Positions 1 through 13,705 of a stretch of 64,000 bases of DNA are shown one piece after another; the first letter of the stretch is position 1; the number at the start of each line of letters is the position of its first letter. This DNA is from Ylistrum balloti (lineage: Eukaryota): NCBI RefSeq assembly GCF_031769215.1, contig NW_026782269.1, positions 124,001 to 188,000 on the forward strand, read 5' to 3'. Position numbers and translations under genes: made by a program. Below the pieces are notes generated by a model, which was not told the DNA's origin, ran no database searches, and saw only the letters and a list, made by a program, of their open reading frames with translations.

Positions 1-1
1 A

Positions 2-3000
2 AGACAGTTGGACGGTGCCCTTAATAGGGTACCAAAGGACTTCTATGATCTAGTGTGGCAGATCCTCGAAAACACTCCTGGTGGTATCAAAGTGGCAGGC
101 TATCATCTACCACAGGTAGGATGGAAATATCAGTGTAATAATATTTACCATAGATAGGTAGTATGGCATCAGTGTAATAATATTTACCATAGATAGGTAG
201 TATGGCATCAGTGTAATAATATTTACCATAGATAGGTAGTATGGCATCAGTGTAATAATATTTACCATAGATAGGTAGTATGGCATCAGTGTAATAATAT
301 TTACCATAGATAGGTAGTATGGCATCAGTGTAATAATATTTACCATAGATAGGTAGTATGGCATTAGTGTAATAATATTTACCATAGATAGGTAGTATGG
401 CATCAGTGTAATAATATTTACCATAGATAGGTAGTATGGCATCAGTGTAATAATATTTACCTTAGATAGGTAGTATGGCATCAGTGTAATTAAGTTTACC
501 ACTGACTGGTAGAAAGTCATTGGTGTAATCATGTTTACACTGAAAGGAAGGTAGTAGGGCATCAGTGTAATAATGCTTACAGATATGTAGGATGACATCA
601 GTGTAATATTTGCCATTGATATGGTGACATCAAATGACATGATTATCATAGGTAAGGTGTTTCCCCTGATAGAATAAATCTGTTTTATTTTCTTTCTGTT
701 GTCACTATTATCTGGAATCAAATTGTCACACAAAAGTCAGGATGTTAAAAATAAATTTGTTTCCGGATAAATCTGAAAGTGGCAGAAGTTTATTATTTAA
801 ATCAACAGGAATAATCTGTGTGTTATGTGTCACTGTTAACCTCTGACTAAGGAACAGGAATAATCTGTATGCTATACTGTCACTGTTTACCTTTTGCAGC
901 ATCCAACTCTCTCTGACATGACTATGTATGAACTCAACTTCTCCTTGTTGGTGGAACAAATGTTAAGTAAGATTGTTGACCCGTCTTACCGTCAGATCAT
1001 GGTTGAGGTATGTTTGATTTATCTGTGCACTTTTGTCTGTGAAAATCATCAGATTGAGGTCATTAATGTTATAATTTTCATTGGACCCATGATAACCAGG
1101 CTATTGATAGTCAGGAAAACTCACAACCTGGATGGAAATTTTAGGGAACAGCTTTTTTGTACTCACCAGTCAGGAAGTTCAAATTCTCACCTTGTATATA
1201 CTTTTTTGGAACAGAATGAACTTTTCATTGTTATATTCCCTCAATACTCTTGACATCTTATTGTTACCATCTGAAGAAAATTTGTCTTCAGTCACCTGTG
1301 CCAGAAATGTATAGCACACAGCAACTGCCTGAGGCATTCACCTGTGGAATTCATGTCAGAGTTATCACCCCTGGTATTTACAGGACTTAGGAATTAATTT
1401 TAAAGAAAATATCAAACGTTTAGCAATTAACCCTGAATTATCCTATACAGAGAATAACACATTTTTTTCATTTTTTCGTGTGATTTTGAACATTGATAGT
1501 AACAAGGAATACAAGATATAACATTATTAAACTATGTCCCCCAAAGGAAGTGGGGGACATATTGTGTTTGCTCCGTTTCTTCTTATTATTATTTATATTA
1601 TTCTTATTTCTTCCACTTTCTTCCGCCGGCAAGGTTTCCGAGGCGTTTCTCAAAAACTATTGCATAGAATTTAACAAAACTTTGCACACATATTCATACA
1701 TGCGAGGCGGAGTCCAGGCCACTTGAATTGTTCCAATCGGTCATCTGAGCGGTCAGCTGTGGTCAAAATTTGGCCAAATTGTAGATATTATTTGATTTTC
1801 ATGAAAATTGGTATATATGTATTAGGTGGCACTAGGAGCAAAATGGCATAGTCCATTTTTCATTCGGCCATCGATCGGTCATCTGAGTGGTCAGCTGTGG
1901 TCAAAATTTGGCCAAATTTTAGATATTGTCAGATTTTCGTAAAAAATTGGTATATATGTATTAGATGGCATTAGGAGCAAAATGGGGTAGTCCATTTTTC
2001 ATTCGGCCATCGATCGGTCATCTGAGCAGTCAGCTGTGGTTAAAATTTGGCCAAATTTTAGATATTGTCATATTTTCGTGAAAATTGGTATATATATATT
2101 AGGTGGCACTAGGAGCAAAATGGCATAGTCCATTTTTCATTCGGCCATCGATCAGTCATCTGAGTGGTCAGCTGTGGTATTAATTTGGCCAAATTTGAGA
2201 TGTTGTCTTGATTTTTGTGAAAATTGGTATATATGTATTAGGTAGCACTAGGAGCAAAATGGCATAGTCCATTTTTCATTCGGCCATCGATCGGTCATTT
2301 GAGCAGTCAGCTGTGGTCAATTTTTTCATTCGGTCATCGATCGGTCATCTGAGCAGTCAGCTGTGGTCTAAATTTGGCCAAATTTTAGATATTGTCCGAT
2401 TATGTTTTAATGGACCATTGAGAAGTACTTAACATTGAAATTAGCAGACACAAAATAAACTCTTTGTCATACTGAGGTAAGGACACTTCTCTTTATACCA
2501 AACTAAAAGCATCAACATTTCCTGTCTTCTGATGTTTTAAAAATTTGCGTTCTCATTTCCATTCAAAATTGGTGTGTTCATGTTTGTCATGACTGCAGGT
2601 CTGATTATTCAGGGTTAGAAAAATCCACTTGTCCACTCGTCTAGACGAGTCAAAGCTACTTGCGTGCGAATGATTGTTTCAGCTAATTGTTCAGCGGGCA
2701 AGTGAAATTTGTAGTTCTGACTATTGGATATTCCATAATAAATTACTTTTATCAACTTAAACACTCTTACAACTAATTAAGATCCTCTGATAGTCAATCA
2801 AATACATCGATGTAGTATCCTTGTTTACACCACGTGTCAAGACTCGGGCTGATCCAGACTACGCGAAAACGCGAAAAAACTATTACGTCATCACAAATGT
2901 TGTAAACAAGGTTGTTTTGTGTACAGAGTTTCTGTCGAAAAGTCGATGTTCTTGTTTGGGTTAACAGTGAATTAAATATTAGTAAAACAATAAAAGCAAG

Positions 3001-4667
3001 TGTTGAGTTCAAACATTTGATATAGAAATTGATAATAAAATTTGTGTTCCTTAAATTACGTTTTGTTGCCTTTTTTTCTTCGGGTGAGTGAATATTGTAT
3101 TCGGGCAAGTGAATTTCAAGTTTCACTTGCCAGGACAGACGAGTAGCTGAAAATATTTTTTTCTAACCTTGTAATTGTGATCATTTACTGCTGAAGGGGT
3201 TGTTTGGGGGACATTTGTAATGGTCCCCATTACAATTAGTACCTGTTGTATATGGTTCATGAGATAAAATATAGAAAAAATATAAATGCTTGATAAAAAT
3301 CATAAAATACGAATTTGATGAGACAAATAATTAGGGGGCATTGTCCTTCAATAATTCTACATATCTAACATAGAAAAACACAGCACGGATTTCTTAGTTA
3401 TTAATGTATGGGTTATAAAAGCATGGGTTATTAAATGTTTTTTAGTAACTTTCACTTCAGCAATTTTATTCATGTACAATTATTTATGAAAAAGAAAGTT
3501 ACTTAGACAGTAAAGGATATTTATAGATAATTATATCCATAGTAAAAACTATACAGACATTATCATAAAAACAACAGCATCCTGCTAGTGATTTATCATC
3601 ATGTAATCAAGGGCAGTAACTCCATTTATATTGGCTAGTTGACTAATGTCGGCAGTCTGGTGAAACTTGTAATCCACATAATTTTGGCCAGGGACAAATG
3701 TTTCCTGATTATTGAGAGTCTACTGTACACCAATATATTTTAAGTTTTGGCTTGATTTGGGAGATAACTAATTTTTTGGGTGTTGCAGACATTTGTTGTG
3801 GTGTCAACTATGCTGACAAGAAACCCAGAGGTGACATTTGAGCAGTCAGTCAACATGGATAAGGTAGGTGATAGAACAATCCTCAGTTTTTACATTTTCT
3901 TCTTACAAGCTACTGATACTATATACAGTTGAACCATTTTATCTGGAACTCGTATTACTCAAAGACCCTGTTTAATTCAAAGCATTTTTAAGTCCCCACC
4001 TAACTTGACACAAAACATTCGAACTAATTCAGAGTTAAGTAATCGTAAGTGGCACATTACCCAATATATTGGAATAAATATGTTAGTTTTATAACCAGTA
4101 TGATAAAATACATTCTATATAACATAATTAACCTGTTCTATTATGTAGTGTCGCAGACTGTACATCTACAATATGTCTTATGACAAATGCATGTAGTAAG
4201 TCAAATCTGATATCATAAATGCATTACATCACACAGTTGTTAGAATTGTGAAAAACCCAATGTCCTCATTTAATTATTATAATGTTTTATTAGAAATAAA
4301 TTTGAGGAATTTTCACTTTAACTTCTGTCATTTACTTTTAATTAGTCGTTGTGGGACTTTTTAACCTTTGAGAGAAATTTTACAAATGAAGACTTCAAAC
4401 TTCAGTGAAGTACATAGTCTAATATGGATAATTTCTATATGGTGGACCTTCTTTTTTACACAGATAATCCATGATGCATTTGAGGATTACCAGAGAGACA
4501 AGAGTAAACATGAGGGTCAAGAAAAGATGGATGAGATGCGAAATTTTTTTAATACGCCTGCCAATGTCCGTCATGGTACGACCAGCTACATTACTAAAGC
4601 TGTCATCCGTAACCTCCTAGAGGGAGAGGTGAAGTTTGTTGGTGACGACTTCTGCTGCATCACCTGA
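2..4667 (+). CDS. PHKB: Phosphorylase b kinase regulatory subunit beta, 3' part; exons <1-115, 900-1007, 3789-3863, 4464-4667 (stop TGA 4665-4667)
   Basis: Exons flanked by AG/GT join in phase 0: [38 protein letters not shown] | [36 protein letters not shown] | [25 protein letters not shown] | [10 protein letters not shown]...[30 protein letters not shown]. Matches the recalled human PHKB C-terminus ([19 protein letters not shown] ... LLEGEVKPNNDDPCLIS), not PHKA. Confidence 0.95.
129..600. repeat. 39-bp minisatellite (atcagtgtaataatatttaccatagataggtagtatggc), about 9 near-perfect copies then degenerate, in a PHKB intron
   Basis: Directly visible tandem unit; it explains the 13-aa periodicity of spurious ORF 107-733. 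Confidence 0.95.
1736..2400. repeat. 138-139-bp tandem array (about 4.5 copies) inside the HINE
   Basis: The atc(g/a)gtcat motif recurs at 1736, 1874, 2013, 2151 and 2290, then a truncated copy. Confidence 0.9.
2610..3171. mobile_element. Non-autonomous TIR element (MITE, about 560 bp) nested in the HINE
   Basis: TIRs cagggttagaaaaa (2610) and tttttctaaccttg (ends 3171), one mismatch; repeated subterminal motifs gggcaagtgaa and agacgagt; 16-bp palindrome actcgtctagacgagt at 2635-2650. No clean TSD. Confidence 0.65.
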
Positions 4668-5703
4668 GCAAGATCACCACGTCAAGGTCATAGTTTTATA
4701 GTCCAGCTGTGATTATGCTTAGGTCTTGATGGCTTGATTGTGCTCAGGGTCAAGGCCATCATTAGACAGAAGTAGATATCCTTGCAAATGCAGTTTGTTG
4801 ATGCCAATGGATAGACATCTTCATGCTTACCACACTTTCAAGGTTAGTTAAGCTTTAAGGTCAACGATGGATACCAAGAAGATCTTTTCATTTATCATCA
4901 TGACAGCTGTTTCTGATGTGAAATCTTTCAACACACATAGTGGTTTAGGAGAGAAATGTGTGACTTCCTTAATGAAGACTTCATATCATCCTCTAATGAC
5001 AACTCTCATTAAAGACCACCCCAATACTGTGAGAAATATTCCTATTAAAGTGCTCACATTCTGTAACACACCTACTTATGTGACATTTTTCAACTGAGGT
5101 TATGTTGAAATGTTTGGAAAATTCCCTGCTCTTGGATTTTCTCATAGATTCCAGGAAAATGTTTTTTTTTCTAAGAAAAAAAAATAATGTGGAGGTTTAG
5201 TAATAAAAGGCATAATAGGTAAGTATATGTATGATGTAACTGTGCTAGATGTGTCATAATACCGTACTGAATGTATTTATATTATCATGCTATATTGATG
5301 AATAAGTTGAATTAATATCATGTTCTTATGAGAAGAGTTAGATCTGGTGCTACAAACTGGTGCAATAGTGTCTCGCAAGAAAGTTGCTTATGTCAGATGT
5401 CTGTGCTTCTAATTATTACTGTCACAAAAAATATGGAGCTGTGTGGTTTTAGAATCAGTCTTGTTTGTTTTTTCCATAAAAAAGTTGACCTCTAGTACCT
5501 AAATTTTGTAGCTCTTTATCCAAATGCCGTCAACACCAGTAACTATTAGTGTCAGATACCTTATACATGATTGTACATATATTCCAATAAGAAGAGGTTT
5601 GCTTGTAAATTAGTGCTATCCTGAATGTTATTTACGACCCTGTTAAGTCTAGACAGGGACCCAGTTAACAGTGTTTCTATATATTTATATCTGATTGTTG
5701 ATG

Positions 5704-5709
5704 AATAAA
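5704..5709 (+). terminator. Candidate polyadenylation signal of PHKB
   Basis: AATAAA about 1 kb after the stop, followed by a T/GT-rich tract. Confidence 0.45.
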
Positions 5710-7234
5710 CTTTCGTTTTTACATGTGATTTTACTTGTAACTGAGATACAAGAGATCAGCAACCAAGCCAGTCTCTGAAGAGATGAAGCCAATGTTTTGG
5801 TGTGTGTATTTTGATTTTTGACATGTGTTTGGTTTTCACTCATATGTTTTTGTCTATGGATGGATGTATTAATAACAAAAATGATGGAGAAATGATAATC
5901 ATTTTAGAGAATTGTATTATGACATGGTCATACCTTCTAGTCTTTGTTTTCTTTGTTTTTTGTAAATTAAATTCATAAGTTAATAGGAATAGTCACAAAT
6001 GTTAAAGTTAAGTTTGATTTTCAAAAAAAAAAAAAGTTAAGAAATCTTCATTCTTGTTGTGATTTCATCCAATCCTGTTATACCCACCCTGATACCAGGA
6101 TTCCAACTAATGAACATGCTACCTGATAATAAGTAGTAATTGATTAGTGTATATTGAACAATTAGAAAGTTAATGAATAAGAAACTAGTTTCAACAGGAA
6201 CTCTCACTGATTTACACAAAACTTTCTTCTCTTTAAACTGTACTAGATATATAATTATAGCCAACTGTTCCCTACCTAACAAGCTGTCCTGCCATATGCT
6301 ACTTGTAGAATGTTAACGATATCTTTCCTTTGTGATAAGAGTGAGTGACAGCTGTCAAGTACTGACAGACTGGGACAGGTGTTATTAACTTCTCTTCACA
6401 ATTTACTTAGAGATTCTTATAAACAGAAATAGACTGATTTCTCATTCGCTTACATAATAGTGGACAGAAAACCTGTTAAATAGATAAAATAAAATTTTGA
6501 CTGATTTAGCAAGACTTGAGATTAAACATGAAGATTAGTAAAAATGATTCTTGAAAACTTAACCCTATTTAGGTATCTAAGACTCATGCAATCCTCATTT
6601 CAGCATTCAACACATTTTTTAAATTAGCATTTGGGTGTTCCATACATATGAAATTCTCATTTGAGTATCGCCACAAATGTAATTTTATTAAGGTATCCCA
6701 TATATGCAATGTGCACAGCAAGGTCACTATATAAACTAACCAGTTAAGATACAATAGGTGATGGCCAGCATGTGACCATTATGGTGCCAGTATTGTAGAC
6801 ATAGATGGAGACAATTTGCCTTCAAATTGACTGCTGATTTTGACAGATTCTCAAATTATAATCAGTATAAGACAAGGTTAGGAAAGGTAAAGATCAGCAT
6901 TAAACACTCTCATGGCATTCATGGTAATATTAAATGACATTATATGCAGGCAGACATTTTGCCCATATGATGTGGGTGCCCCATACCATTTGACTATCTA
7001 AAATATAGTTCAAATATAATTCAAACATAATTCAAAGTACATGTAGCCAGAAAAATGCTGCTTGCTTTCTTGTGTTATAGTCTTTCACAATTTATCAAAT
7101 CATGACCCAACCTTAATCAACAGTGGTGTCAGCACACAAACTTATGTAATCATACCCTGCCTCTTCTGTTCAAAATTTTATGTGATGAGATACAAAAGTT
7201 GTTTTCCATTGGTAGAATCTATTACTGATGCCTG

Positions 7235-7460
7235 ATACATATGATCACATTCTGTAGGTTTCTATGAGATTTTCTACTGGTCACTGATACACATTATCAC
7301 ATTCTGTAGGTTTTGGTAGGATTTTCTACTGGTCACTGATACACATTATCACATTCTGTAGGTTTTGGTAGGATTTTCTACTGGTCACTGATACACATTA
7401 TAACATTCTGTAGGTTTCTATGGGATTTTCTACTGGTCACTGATACACATTTTCACATCA
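7235..7460. repeat. 52-bp minisatellite, about 4 copies, intergenic
   Basis: tttctactggtcactgatacacatt recurs at 7271, 7323, 7375 and 7427. Confidence 0.85.
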
Positions 7461-10400
7461 CACTTTGACCTTGCCCTGTTCCCACTAGTGCTGATATATA
7501 TTGAAAGTATGAACAGGAAAGGGGTAGGGGTCAACATACAGACATTTATACCCTACAGGGTACTTAAATTGCAATGCGATGTTAGATTATCTCCCTTTTC
7601 ATGGGATAATCAGTAAGCAGTTTATATATGTTATGATCAGACTTTCGCTTAATAACTGTATTAACTTGTATTGTTAAAAGTGTTTAAACCTCACCTGGTC
7701 AGTCCATGGGTTAGTTGTACTGATAGTTTGCCTTACTCTGACCAAAGGTCATTGTCCTGATATGTTTGGACAGGTAAATAAATCCTGACCAGGTAAACTG
7801 CCCAGGTGAGCTGGACAGGTGAAGATATTACAGTTGCTATTTAAGAATAAAAGCACATTTTAAACTGAGGCTTATATATAGCTATTTTTAGGGAGGGAAA
7901 AGTTTATTGAAGGGACTGGAAGATACATGGCTAGTTTGAAGGGATGGCTATGAAAAAAAGTAATTAAATGGCTAGTGTTGATCTAGAAGGGTGAATACAC
8001 ATACATGGTTATTGTAGACTTAGAGAGAATGGGTGAATACATACTTGGTTGGTGTTGATTTGGATGGAGTGAATAAGTACATGGTTCGTGTTGACTTTAG
8101 AGGAATGATAGTGTTGACTTACTGGGGTGAATACATGATTAATGTTGACTTCTGAGGCATGGATAGTACATACATGGTTAGTGTTCATTTTGAAGAGTGT
8201 GAAAGTATATGGTAGATGGATTTATCCCTTAGAAATATGCCTATAAGCTACTTTAGCAGCTTATGTGACATTATGACTCATCACTAAATGCCTATAAATA
8301 AACTTGCCTTAAGGGGTAGATTTTATCATGATACACCTTCATGGACCTTCACAAATACTTACCCAAACCATAATCACAAGGGTTTCTCTCATCTTCGGAC
8401 TAAAATCCAACATCAGCAACTGTGTTTTTTCTATTGAGAGGATTATTGGTAACAGTTGCATACATGCATATGCCATCTATACAACTTTTTCATTTTCCTC
8501 AGGTCTTGAAATTCTTGAATATTTTTATGGATATTTGCCTGAAACTTTGTCTTCTGCATGATTCAATATACAATATAATGCAATGTATTAACATTTGTCA
8601 AAACTAGCTGTCCTGTTGTCAGGTCAACTCCACCTCATCACATCAGTCTTATGGACATGTCAACTCTGTCTCATCTTTGTCTGTCACCTTTTCAAGGATT
8701 GATGATAAAATAGTATCATCTTAGGTTCAATTAGATGGTAATAATGTGGGTCAAGTCAACATGAGACATGTTTGTTCAGGAACATTTAACATACAGTTCA
8801 ATGTCAATGTTGTACAATAATTATTACATTTACCCTTAAGGGTCAGACACATATCTTGGCCTTTTCTGACTTGTTGGTGTTTTAGTTGTCAATTAGTGTC
8901 AGTATCATTGACATATCAACATTTCCCTTCTTGCTAAAAAACTCAGTCAAAACAGTCTTTATCAAAAGTGGCATATATGAAATCAATGTCAGTCAATACC
9001 CTCATGTAAATTTACTTTGTCTTGCCTCCTATAATGTGATATTGTTTGATATATATTGTTTAATCAAATGAAAAACTAAAAGAAACTTTAACATAAATTT
9101 TTTTTTTATTGTTTTAACAATATGCAAATATGAGGTTTTTAGTCTCACAATATCTCCTATATAATTGCTTGTTGTAACTCTTTTAGCTGATGACCTCTTT
9201 CCTGACAGGTAGCTACACACAAATGTTCAACCAGAATGTCAACCAACTCTCTGCCACACTAGCGTACTTTTAATAAATAGTTTAAAACTAAAAATCATAC
9301 AGAGAAAAAACAGAGAATAGACATTTTGAGCAACAGTGATTGCATGACTAAGGATGTTATTACATGTCACAGTGACTGTATAAAATTATGTCGGGTAAAA
9401 TGAGATTTTTGAAATACATATGCCACTTACGACTGCTCCCTGAGGTGTAACAATATAAAATGCAGGTTGCAGCCACCCAAGATAATTTGGCAGAGCAGAC
9501 AGTCACTCGCACAATGCCACTGCAAAGGGGAATCACTCTCAATTATTTAGTGTCTTCAGCGACCGAAGCATATATCACACTCACACTTTTCCAACTTGAT
9601 GTTTCTTTCTAAATATGATCTTTTTGAGTTACATAAACATAAATCAATATGAATCTGACTCGCCATATTGTGATGGAGAAGTCAATCAAATTTACACATT
9701 TCTTTGCAGTCAATAATTACAACTCATTTTCACTAATCCATGCTAAGCATTTTGACACAGTTTTGCATAGATTTATAGATACAATATAGTGCAAGTTGTA
9801 GAGCATACTTGAATATTATATGGATGATGCACCCTTACAATAGTATATGTTGAAAGCCCTAGATGTAAAGCTGGCAACAACAGTCTTTCAAAACAGTAAA
9901 AACTTTGATTTGAAATCAAGTAAATTTACATAAATCTAATGCAATGTTGTCAATAAGGACCCTCTTTTGAATATGACAGCAACTATGGTAAACAAACAAA
10001 CGTTAAAATGAGCAAACAAATTAAAGTGGGGCGGATATTTGCTAACCATCAATGAAAACAGTTGGATAATATGCAGTGGTGTACAAGATGATAAAATATG
10101 GAGGCATTGATAGGAATCATCATATATCATTATCAGAATTCTTTATATTTCAATTTGCACATCAAAGTTCATAACAGGTGCAAAATTTGGTAACAAAAAT
10201 ATACAAGAATATAAAATAAAAACTTGTAAGATGAAATTTTACACTTCATGCTGGATCACTGCTGACTGGATGACCTCTATATACAGATGAAATTTTCTGA
10301 GGTGATGATGTTAGTATTGTCCACTCCATCAACACTAATCTTGTTATTTCAACAAACACATATATAGTATTGCACACTCTAACAGACACAATGCTATCTT

Positions 10401-11697
10401 TTCTCGTGTTCAACAATAATTTAACTTATTATGTAGTGGATATCAAAAGTAGACAATATCATAATATCAAACAACTTTGCTATTTACAACAACTAAAATT
10501 TACGCTAATTTCTGTAATTATTTACATTTGTCCTGCAGGTGGAATACCTTATTTACTTTAACTATTTATATCTTACAAGTAAACTTTACTTATCAGCCTT
10601 ATTAATAATGAACAACGAATATGACTTGCAACAAACAAGAGTACGGTAAAAGGCATTGAAACAATGTTATTGGTGTTCTAGCATTACCATTTACCAAATG
10701 TTGGATTACAGAATCTGTACCAACTATCTACTGAACATTAGTTTATGCACCAGATGAATTAACCAGAGAAAAACAAAACTGACTAAATTTGACTGGATAT
10801 TTTTTCTCTAAGTCGGCACCATGTCATGTAAAACTGACGTGTTACAACTGTGACAGTGATCTTTCATTGAACTTGTCTCTGTGAAATAGTTTCACAATTT
10901 ATATTTGTTTTCATAAAGGCAATGCTCCGAGATAGCTGTAAAAATAAAAACATTTATTTGCACAATACTACAAGCATATTTACACCTAACTAAATAAATG
11001 AATATGTATTAATTTCAAACAATGATTGAATTGTTCTATTTCAGTTCACATACGTTTGTGTGGTGACATGATGTTTCCGTGTGTACTTCATTCTTTTCCA
11101 AGATGATAATGTTAAAAAGGACAATAAAATAATTGTAAATGTGGTATTTACATTCAGATCTATTAATTCTACCCTGGAAAATAAAAAATCAAAGATCATC
11201 TTAGAAGTGATTTGCATTGATCACGTTTAAATGGCAGGAAATCATTAATATCTGTCTACTTACAGTTCCATCAAGTTTATTTAAAAGATGGTTATACATC
11301 ACCTCAAATAACACCAAAGGATGTTCTTGTCATGATAGATATATTACACACCACCACGATGGTTTAATGTTGAAGATTATTCCTATTTTAAAATCAGTAT
11401 TGAATGAAAAAAAGACATTCATAAATGGTAATGTCCTGCAAATAAGGCTGTCTTTAAAACTGCTAGTTAAATTTTTTCATCAAACAATACTTCACTGAAA
11501 TAACAACTTGGATTGACAATTAACAAATAAACAGGTGTAACAACTGACCATAAACAGATATACAGATAATAAAGCCAGCAAAAAAGTTAAATATTCTGGG
11601 ATATTAAATACTAAACAGTATATATATAAACAATAACCAGTCAGAGCTAGGAGCTACAATTGAAGGATCAACATGGGTAACTAGACAGTCAGAAACA

Positions 11698-12860
11698 TTA
11701 GTGCTTGGCCTGGTAGGTCATAACACAACTCTTTGGACTGTTGATGCGCTGGCGATTATAGCTACGTTTGGCCGATGTGCTGAGTCTTGTGGTCTTGTTT
11801 TGCTTGTTTAGGGTGGCTCGTGAGAGGTGGCGAGTCTCCTTGAACTGCTTAGACCTTTGGGAGGACTTAAGGGAATCCGTCTGAGTGATGATTCCAGCCC
11901 TTGCTGCTACAGCTTGGGGTTTCCGTGGTGACTGCTGCACAACAACACCACGGGCATTTCTGGGACGGAGACCACGTCTTTGTATTGTTCTAGAAATATT
12001 ATCTGTGGAAGACTCGGACAAGTCACTTTCCTCACCCGCACTTCCTCCAGAGCAATGGCTGTTGTAAACAGACATGCTAGGATGTTCTATGAGGAGATTT
12101 TCCATGGGATCCATTCCTACTTGGGAAGAGGTGGCACCGCCTGCAGTGAAACATGGAGGAGGTGTAAGAATCCAACTTTCATGAAAACCAATTTTAGGGT
12201 TCAAACAGTATCTGGAATGTCCCACAGGGCTCAAGGAGCCGGGAGTGGATGGAGTTTGGCTAGCTGGATGACAATTGGAGGCAGTTTCAGAATCACTGTC
12301 ACTATTTACAGGATTTGCTATTCGCACAAGTCGGCGACATTTTGATTGACCATGAATTTCTGCTTGTGGTGAAGTTGTAGATTTGAATGCTGTATCTGTA
12401 ACGAACAATACTGTATGATACAGTAATGCTCAACCTATTTACATCCACACCAATTTCAGACAAATTCTTTTTCACATAGAATTTACTTATAAAATGATGC
12501 ATTTATAAGTCACCCATATTCATGTTTGAAAAGTGAATTATTACTTTGTTCTCTTATCTTAGATTTTCATGACTGATAATACCCAGTCACTTGCTGCTCA
12601 GTATTGAAAAATTTAGATTAATTGTTGAAAATGAGAGTACTTGGAAAAGTCCTCATACAATGGCTGTAGTCATTTTTACATTTAACCATTTCTATAAATT
12701 TCAATACTGAGCAGTTGGGCATGTGTTTATAATTACCTGGGATATCCACAATTACCCAGTCCTGGTCGGGTGCAGGCTTGGTCTCCAACTCCACTGGCGA
12801 AGTGTCCATATCCTCGGCACCAGAGCCCCCGAACAGATAGCTAGCCACACTTGTCAGCAT
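11698..12860 (-). CDS. TP53INP1: TP53INP/DOR-family autophagy regulator, 273 aa; coding exons 12860-12737 and 12395-11698
   Basis: Phase-1 intron joins ...DQDWVIVDIP-D-TAFKS. Contains an N-terminal LIR-type motif (DWVIV) and the family block ESWILTPPPCFTAG...MENLLIEHPSMSVY. Invertebrate co-orthologue of TP53INP1/2, so the symbol is approximate. Confidence 0.9.
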
Positions 12861-13705
12861 CTTGCTACCTAAAATATGAAATATTCCAAAGATTCAAATT
12901 TAACACTGTGAGTGAGTCATCTCTTTCTACATGTTATGCAGGAATCAATATGTATATACGTTGTCTTTCCTAAAGGTGAAACAGTAAATCTATCACGATT
13001 TATACGCCAGCCAAACATCAGGTATTCTAAAATTGCAACGCATGATGTAATCATTTTCTGCTGTAAGGTTTATTTTTAGGTCGGTCAATTGATCCTGACC
13101 TGAGTTATATCGACAGGTATCTACGCAACGACTGTTTAAAATTCAAAGGAAAAAAAGAGTTGCTAAGATATCATAGCTTTAACATGACAGGATCCACACA
13201 AAAATTGCAGTATTTTCCCCCGTTGACCTTCTTAGTAGAAGAATAGGCTGAACAAACATTTTTCGAGTTTGGGTTACAAGTCAAGATAATTTATATTTCT
13301 AGTTCCTGTCATTTTTAGTTCAACTGAATAATATCCTGAACGGAATTTGCCCATAATCAATAGCATCACATTGTGTTAGCGTCAGCAGTGATAATTAGTA
13401 GACGCGGACCCAAAGTAACGCCCTTTGTTAGACATCACATTCAAATCAACAAAGAAAATCGTATCCACCTTTCATTTTCAAAACAACTACATGCACTGTC
13501 TGACAAAATCATATTGCATATGTTTAAGATATCTTTCTTGATATCTGCATTCCAAAATCAGGTAAATTATTGAGCAAAGTCGTCACATCGAGAATTGTTT
13601 GCAAAAGATCGGCTATTCAAAACGAGAAAATGAAGGTCGCCCGCCCGTAAAGCATATCTGATCCTATTTCTACAAGACCATAGAAAGAATTGCTATCAAA
13701 CATAC

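Larger units (their letters stand above)
1531..3240 (+). mobile_element. Non-autonomous Helentron-associated element (HINE/DINE-1-like) with internal tandem array and a nested TIR element
   Basis: 5' subTIR atgtccccc (1534-1542) with adjacent inverted copy gggggacat (1552-1560); TTA/TTC microsatellite (about 1575-1625); 138-bp central repeats; 3' subTIR gggggacat (3206-3214); 3' stem-loop ttgtaatgg-tcc-ccattacaa (3215-3235). This is the known HINE layout. Confidence 0.75.

Noticed and set aside
107-733. 208-aa ORF with [13 protein letters not shown] repeats
   Set aside because: Read-through of the 39-bp minisatellite on the antisense strand of a PHKB intron; no credible start or splice context.
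2-4667. Calling the first gene PHKA1/PHKA2
   Set aside because: The C-terminal residues follow the beta-subunit pattern (…LLEGEVK…C-x-I-S/T), not the alpha pattern.
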